This document shows, piece after piece, positions 61,148 to 64,000 of a DNA stretch of 64,000 bases. This DNA comes from Armatimonadota bacterium (GTDB taxonomy: Bacteria > Armatimonadota > Hebobacteria > CAIYQO01), in NCBI GenBank assembly GCA_038248345.1, contig JBBRXO010000004.1:1-64000 (forward strand), given 5' to 3'. Numbering within the stretch: position 1 is the first letter of the stretch; each line of letters starts with the position of its first letter. The translations under genes were made by a program, and so were the position numbers. Under the pieces are notes generated by a model. That model did not search any database. It worked only from the letters and a program-made list of their open reading frames with translations, and was not told the origin of the DNA.

Positions 61148-61270
61148 TTCTCTTCCATGCGAGAGGACACTGTTGGTATTCCAGGTATTCCACCCGCAAG
61201 CCAGCCGTCGTTTCAGTGCACTATGTTGCCCTGCTGTTTCTTTACCTTCAGCTCTATTCTGTTTAGTCAA
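61139..61270 (-). pseudogene. 43-aa 5' remnant of a probable glycoside hydrolase gene
   Basis: SD GGAG, TTG overlapping the end of the upstream gene; MTKQNRAEGKETAGQHSALKRRLACGWNTWNTNSVLSHGREVA*; stop codon lies inside the REP. Confidence 0.55.
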
Positions 61271-62384
61271 TGTTACTCCACTTCCGCACCTTTCGGCACC
61301 CTTCTTCCACTAATTCAGGAGAAAAACATTGCAACGCCAGGATAAAACGCCCTTCAGCGATACGGGGCAGCAGTTCATCCAATAAGGGAACCGGCACCCA
61401 ATCCAACATGATAGGAGTCACTAGCGAAGCCTGCACCATCCGGTCACATAGCTCCGGGTCACTAAGCATACTCTCAACGGGATGGGGTACGTTAGGATCC
61501 GGATAGATCTCCTGCACACATATACCTGCTATCTGTGCTACTTGATCGATCTGGTGAAGTCCAATTGCATGCTGATGAAAGAAACCACCCCCCACGGAAG
61601 AAAATAGCTTGCCGGTATAGGGAGCATCAAAAACCGGTTGCATCGCACGGGTGATCATGCCCACGGGATCGCCATTGACCCATATCGCGCCATCTGGCAA
61701 CCAGGTTCCCCAACAGCACCGCCCCAGGCCACGAGGATGCTGAACGTTATCGTCCAGAAACTGCTCTACCTGAATCGACCACTCCGCACACCAGTTGATA
61801 AGTGCATGAACCTGTTCCGGTTCCTCATACATATCGATAAACATTTGGGTGCCGCGTATGCCGTTTGCCGCGTCCAACGGGGAACGGTGACAATATGGCA
61901 TGAAAAGGAAGTCCTCTTCCCACTGTTCCCACAAGGCATTGTTTAATTCGAGGGCGAATTGAATCCACTCATTATCTGGATCAAAGCGTAGCTGGGCGAT
62001 TTCGTCCCATGCTAGTTCCAGTTCACACCAGGTGGTATGTGCATCTATAAGCGCCTGCTTGCCCGTCATCGCTGCGGTAATAGCTCCGATAGCACAGAAT
62101 ACCTCGCTACGTCCCGGAACCATGTCATCCGGCGCGGCATAAAATGATGCGTACCCATCCCGACATTCCTTTAAGTGATTACGAACGATCTCGCGAACAC
62201 GTGCCGGTTGACGGGCAGCATCCAATGACTCGTTTGCCAAAACATCCATCAGGTAATTATCAAGGGTCGGCAAACGGCACCAGTGATCTACATAAACCAG
62301 TAAATCACCGGGAGTATTACGCGAAAAAAATGTCTTCTGCCGCTCTATACGCGTTTCATACTGCTCACGATAAGCGAAGGTCAT
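61263..62384 (-). CDS. Uroporphyrinogen decarboxylase / methylcobamide methyltransferase-like TIM-barrel protein
   Basis: PLDAANGIRG.QMFIDMYEEPEQVH and FFHQH...HQID patterns. Confidence 0.7.
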   Translation of the reverse strand: MTFAYREQYETRIERQKTFFSRNTPGDLLVYVDHWCRLPTLDNYLMDVLANESLDAARQPARVREIVRNHLKECRDGYASFYAAPDDMVPGRSEVFCAIGAITAAMTGKQALIDAHTTWCELELAWDEIAQLRFDPDNEWIQFALELNNALWEQWEEDFLFMPYCHRSPLDAANGIRGTQMFIDMYEEPEQVHALINWCAEWSIQVEQFLDDNVQHPRGLGRCCWGTWLPDGAIWVNGDPVGMITRAMQPVFDAPYTGKLFSSVGGGFFHQHAIGLHQIDQVAQIAGICVQEIYPDPNVPHPVESMLSDPELCDRMVQASLVTPIMLDWVPVPLLDELLPRIAEGRFILALQCFSPELVEEGCRKVRKWSNID

Positions 62385-64000
62385 GACTTTTCCTCATTAG
62401 ACGAATAAATTGGCGCTGCTGCCATCCACTCAAGGATAAGCGCCACGTATCATTATCGCGTGTCCAAGCTTGTTCGATTGGATACTCTACCCCAGCGTCA
62501 GACAATAAGGTGGCCTGCGGCGGTACCGGGCATCCGGTCACCTGGATATTTTCCCCAGCAACTAGATACTGGCCCGGTGCTTCCTTCCACAGGAAGAGGC
62601 TGGTAGGACACGCCAGCATAATGCCATCAATTATAAATGGCTCACCTTCCCATGACCAGCCGCGTTCCAATTGCTGATTATTGTCAACTACTTCAATCTT
62701 TGTCACTAATTGCCGGTCAGGCAATTTCTGCGACGGTCCCCAGTCGGTTTTCATCGTCAATTCCTCGGTGGAAAGACGCTCGGTAAATTTAAGGATTCCG
62801 CCAGCGAGCGGGAATTCATTCTCCTTGGCATGTAATAATGGCATGGATTCCAGCAACGTCTCCAGACGTAAGAGAGGCGACCGGGAGCCGCCATTCCAAC
62901 CTTGACACCAGTGAATAGCGCCAGCGCCAATCTGCTCGGTACCACCCAGCGGCGGAATAATCCGCTCCCGAGCCATTGCGCCTTGCTCATCGGTTTGCAG
63001 CGAATCGTTATGTGCCCACACCACACCACCACGCCCGGCAAATAACCTGATTGTTTGCCAGGTCGATTCACAGTAGCCCACTCCATAATAAGGAAGGATC
63101 ACCAGCTTCGTCTTACTCAAGTCACAATTGGCAATATCGGAATCATTTACCGCGCGGAAGGGGATATGCAGGCGATTAAGGATATCAACATACTCTGTCA
63201 CCCCCCCACCTTCCATACCACACAGCGGGTAGACGAAGATAACCTGCTCTCCGGCACTCTGATCAAAGCTTATCCCCTTCAATAAGTGCGCCCAATTTCG
63301 CATAATCGTACGGCCACGTCTGGGGGTGGCATCGCCATGTACGGCACACCCCAACTCGTTATCCCAATATTCTACAAAACTGCCGCCTGCACGCCAATTA
63401 GGCAACATCATATTCCAATTCCACGGCATGAACCCGGCACCGCCCAGGCGTAACGTCCACGAGATACCACGGTGAAGGTAATCTTCCAGATCCTGTTCCC
63501 CCTCTTCCGTCGCTGGCGTGGGAACCCAGGCTTCCTGCAATAACATCGGTTTTCCCGAGTGAAAACTTGCCTCTAGCGCTCGGCAACACGGGATATGAAC
63601 GGAATGCCAATCCATCGCTTCACCCAGGAGCATATTCTGCTTCATGGTGAAGGTGCCTACTCCCACCGCTTGCCCGGTGCCTCCCCATATCAGTTGCAGC
63701 TCACGTGCCCAATCGCCCACCATGGACATGTTTGTGTTGATCTCATTACACAGATCCCATAGCAAACCGGGGATTCCGCCGAAGCGTGCCATTATTACCT
63801 CAGCAAATCGACGCTGTTCTGCCCGCAATCCCGGCACCGCCACCATGCGTGAGGTGTCCATCCAATTTTCTGCATTACCCATGGTAGGACAGATATTGGT
63901 ATAAAGAGTCGGCATGAGGGCAACGCCAAAGCTGTTGAAGAGCATCACGTGTGTTTCGATGGCGCGCAGGTGTCTTTCTGATAATTCACTCCCGAGTTCA
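62365..64000 (-). CDS. Clan-A glycoside hydrolase with beta-galactosidase trimerisation-like domain (5' end outside the window)
   Basis: WDLCNE acid/base motif, PMLLQE nucleophile-like motif, KLVILP; frame is open to the window edge. Confidence 0.7.
   Translation of the reverse strand, partial: ELGSELSERHLRAIETHVMLFNSFGVALMPTLYTNICPTMGNAENWMDTSRMVAVPGLRAEQRRFAEVIMARFGGIPGLLWDLCNEINTNMSMVGDWARELQLIWGGTGQAVGVGTFTMKQNMLLGEAMDWHSVHIPCCRALEASFHSGKPMLLQEAWVPTPATEEGEQDLEDYLHRGISWTLRLGGAGFMPWNWNMMLPNWRAGGSFVEYWDNELGCAVHGDATPRRGRTIMRNWAHLLKGISFDQSAGEQVIFVYPLCGMEGGGVTEYVDILNRLHIPFRAVNDSDIANCDLSKTKLVILPYYGVGYCESTWQTIRLFAGRGGVVWAHNDSLQTDEQGAMARERIIPPLGGTEQIGAGAIHWCQGWNGGSRSPLLRLETLLESMPLLHAKENEFPLAGGILKFTERLSTEELTMKTDWGPSQKLPDRQLVTKIEVVDNNQQLERGWSWEGEPFIIDGIMLACPTSLFLWKEAPGQYLVAGENIQVTGCPVPPQATLLSDAGVEYPIEQAWTRDNDTWRLSLSGWQQRQFIRLMRKSHDLRLS

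Overview
Bacterial chromosomal window of mostly housekeeping and metabolic genes. The gene repertoire suggests Armatimonadota, but this is inference only. No integrase, transposase, prophage, CRISPR array or rRNA was seen. It contains initiator tRNA-fMet, RNase P RNA (rnpB), ftsEX, araB, a KDG-type sugar kinase, tsaD, a hybrid kinase and a two-component pair, two tandem PilT paralogues fused to a PilB-like N-terminal domain plus a zinc-ribbon PilC, cmk, a membrane PP2C, a KaiC-like ATPase/MerR-like regulator pair, icd, a complete echABCDEF-hypAB hydrogenase operon, a thiol-redox cluster, nadD, larC, an RluA-family synthase and glycoside hydrolases. The most notable unexplained signals are: (1) a ~260-nt promoter-driven structured transcript at 47460-47726 holding an unannotated 45-aa basic ORF whose Shine-Dalgarno is buried by a 5'-3' long-range helix; (2) a recurring sigma-H-like promoter motif (AGGA-N16/17-NGAA) in front of eight unrelated genes; (3) the duplicated N-domain-PilT fusions with a 43-bp identical 3' tail; (4) the KaiC-like/MerR-wHTH module; (5) decayed gene remnants next to REP-like palindromes; (6) strong GC mosaicism. 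All product calls come from motif recognition by eye; no database searches were run.
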